Shown here piece after piece: positions 62,967 through 64,000 of a stretch of DNA of 64,000 nucleotides. The translations under genes were made by a program, and so were the position numbers. Positions within the stretch are counted from its first letter, which is position 1. Each line of letters starts with the position of its first letter. Origin of the DNA: Lama glama (taxonomy: Eukaryota); NCBI GenBank assembly GCA_028534125.1, contig CM052817.1, positions 10,418,001 through 10,482,000 on the forward strand, read 5' to 3'. The notes below the pieces were generated by a model. That model made no database searches. It saw only the letters and a program-made list of their open reading frames with translations, and was not told the origin of the DNA.

Positions 62967-64000
62967 AAAATTTCACTGTAATAATGTGAATTATTGAAGT
63001 GGACTCTACTCTTCATGTTAATAAAAGGTATACATCCCAGATCTGCAGACTTGAGAACTGGGGAAATTTATTCTACTTTTAATGGAAATAAGTTTCATGA
63101 TCCAGAGACAGTAGACAGATGCCTATTTATAAATGAAGATTTACAGTCATATGCAGACTGATTGGTTTTCCAGGCCAGCGTGTTATCTTTTAAAAAAAGT
63201 TTCAATGTCATTTTGAACATTGCTCATCAACATGTTTATTTTATAGAGAAGGAGAGAAGACAAATGTGTAAGATAGTTGATGGGATTTTAGTCTCAAATA
63301 GGTAAAAATTGCATGTTCTCACATTGTAATGTTTTTAATCTGTCAGGGAAAAGGAAAAGACTTAGAAATAAGTCAAAAAGTAACTAGACAAATGAAAAAT
63401 CCCAGCTGAGGTTCTGCCAGCCCTGAAAAGCAGATTATTTCATCTCTCGGAGGATGGGAATAAGAGATGGGGAACTGAGTACAACAATGTCTGCAGAAAT
63501 AAGAGGGGAAGGGCGGAGCTCTGCCAGCTGGCTCCTCCTTCACTGACCAATAGAAGCTCTGCCTCCTCACTGACCACTGAGCCTCATCCCAAGATGGCAG
63601 GTGCTCAGGACAACCCGTGTCATTTTGTAAAGCACTTAGAATAATGATGACTATTAGTAGATATTCAATAAGTGTGCATTCTTGCCCCTCCAAACTACCC
63701 ACCAGTGAACCAACTGGAGGTGCTACTTCCCCACTCCTGATGTTTCTTTCCTGCCACAGCAACTCAATGAAACCCCTGGGCATGCTCAGTTTACCTCCTC
63801 CCTTCCTCCTTCAAGATGTCAGCTGCCCACTCAGCTTCTGTAGGAGGAGGCTTGCTGAAATCTGGCTTTGCTGCACCCAGCTCTGGGGCTCAGAATGAGC
63901 AGCTTGCTGGGAAAACATACCTCATGCTAAGTTCTCCAATCTGATGTCTCAACTGGAAAGGTGATATTTCATCCTAATCCTAAATGCTCTATTTTATTTC

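Larger units (their letters stand above)
19617..64000 (-). other. LDB2: 3' part of the large LDB2 intron upstream of the 173-bp exon (probably intron 2)
   Basis: No upstream LDB2 coding exon recognised in more than 44 kb; repeat-rich; ends at the acceptor at 19618-19617. Two 500-N gaps are unseen. Confidence 0.8.

Overview
Mammalian genomic DNA, not prokaryotic. The L1 3'UTR type points to a cetartiodactyl, plausibly a camelid by exclusion. The whole window lies inside the LDB2 (LIM domain-binding 2 / CLIM1) gene on the minus strand. Three coding exons can be read with canonical GT-AG sites: 19616-19444 (173 bp), 12334-12212 (123 bp) and 9525-9442 (84 bp, missing from the ORF track). They join into one frame encoding part of the LDB dimerisation domain and are probably exons 3-5. 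The rest is intron: lineage-specific 5'-truncated L1 copies (several with readable TSDs), old L1M, L2, MIR, MaLR and ERV1 solo LTRs, DNA-transposon relics, microsatellites and two 500-N assembly gaps. No new gene system can be demonstrated from sequence alone. The best leads are (i) an inverted L1 pair bracketing the two phase-0 exons, whose 207-nt circle would be a stop-free ORF, (ii) a 380-nt three-exon circle predicting a 99-aa junction peptide, (iii) a 34/35-identical inverted repeat at the edge of a decayed L1, (iv) a well-formed antisense candidate exon, and (v) palindromic motif clusters that may be enhancers. Repeat boundaries without TSDs or TIRs are approximate, and family names come from recall of consensus sequences, not from a search.
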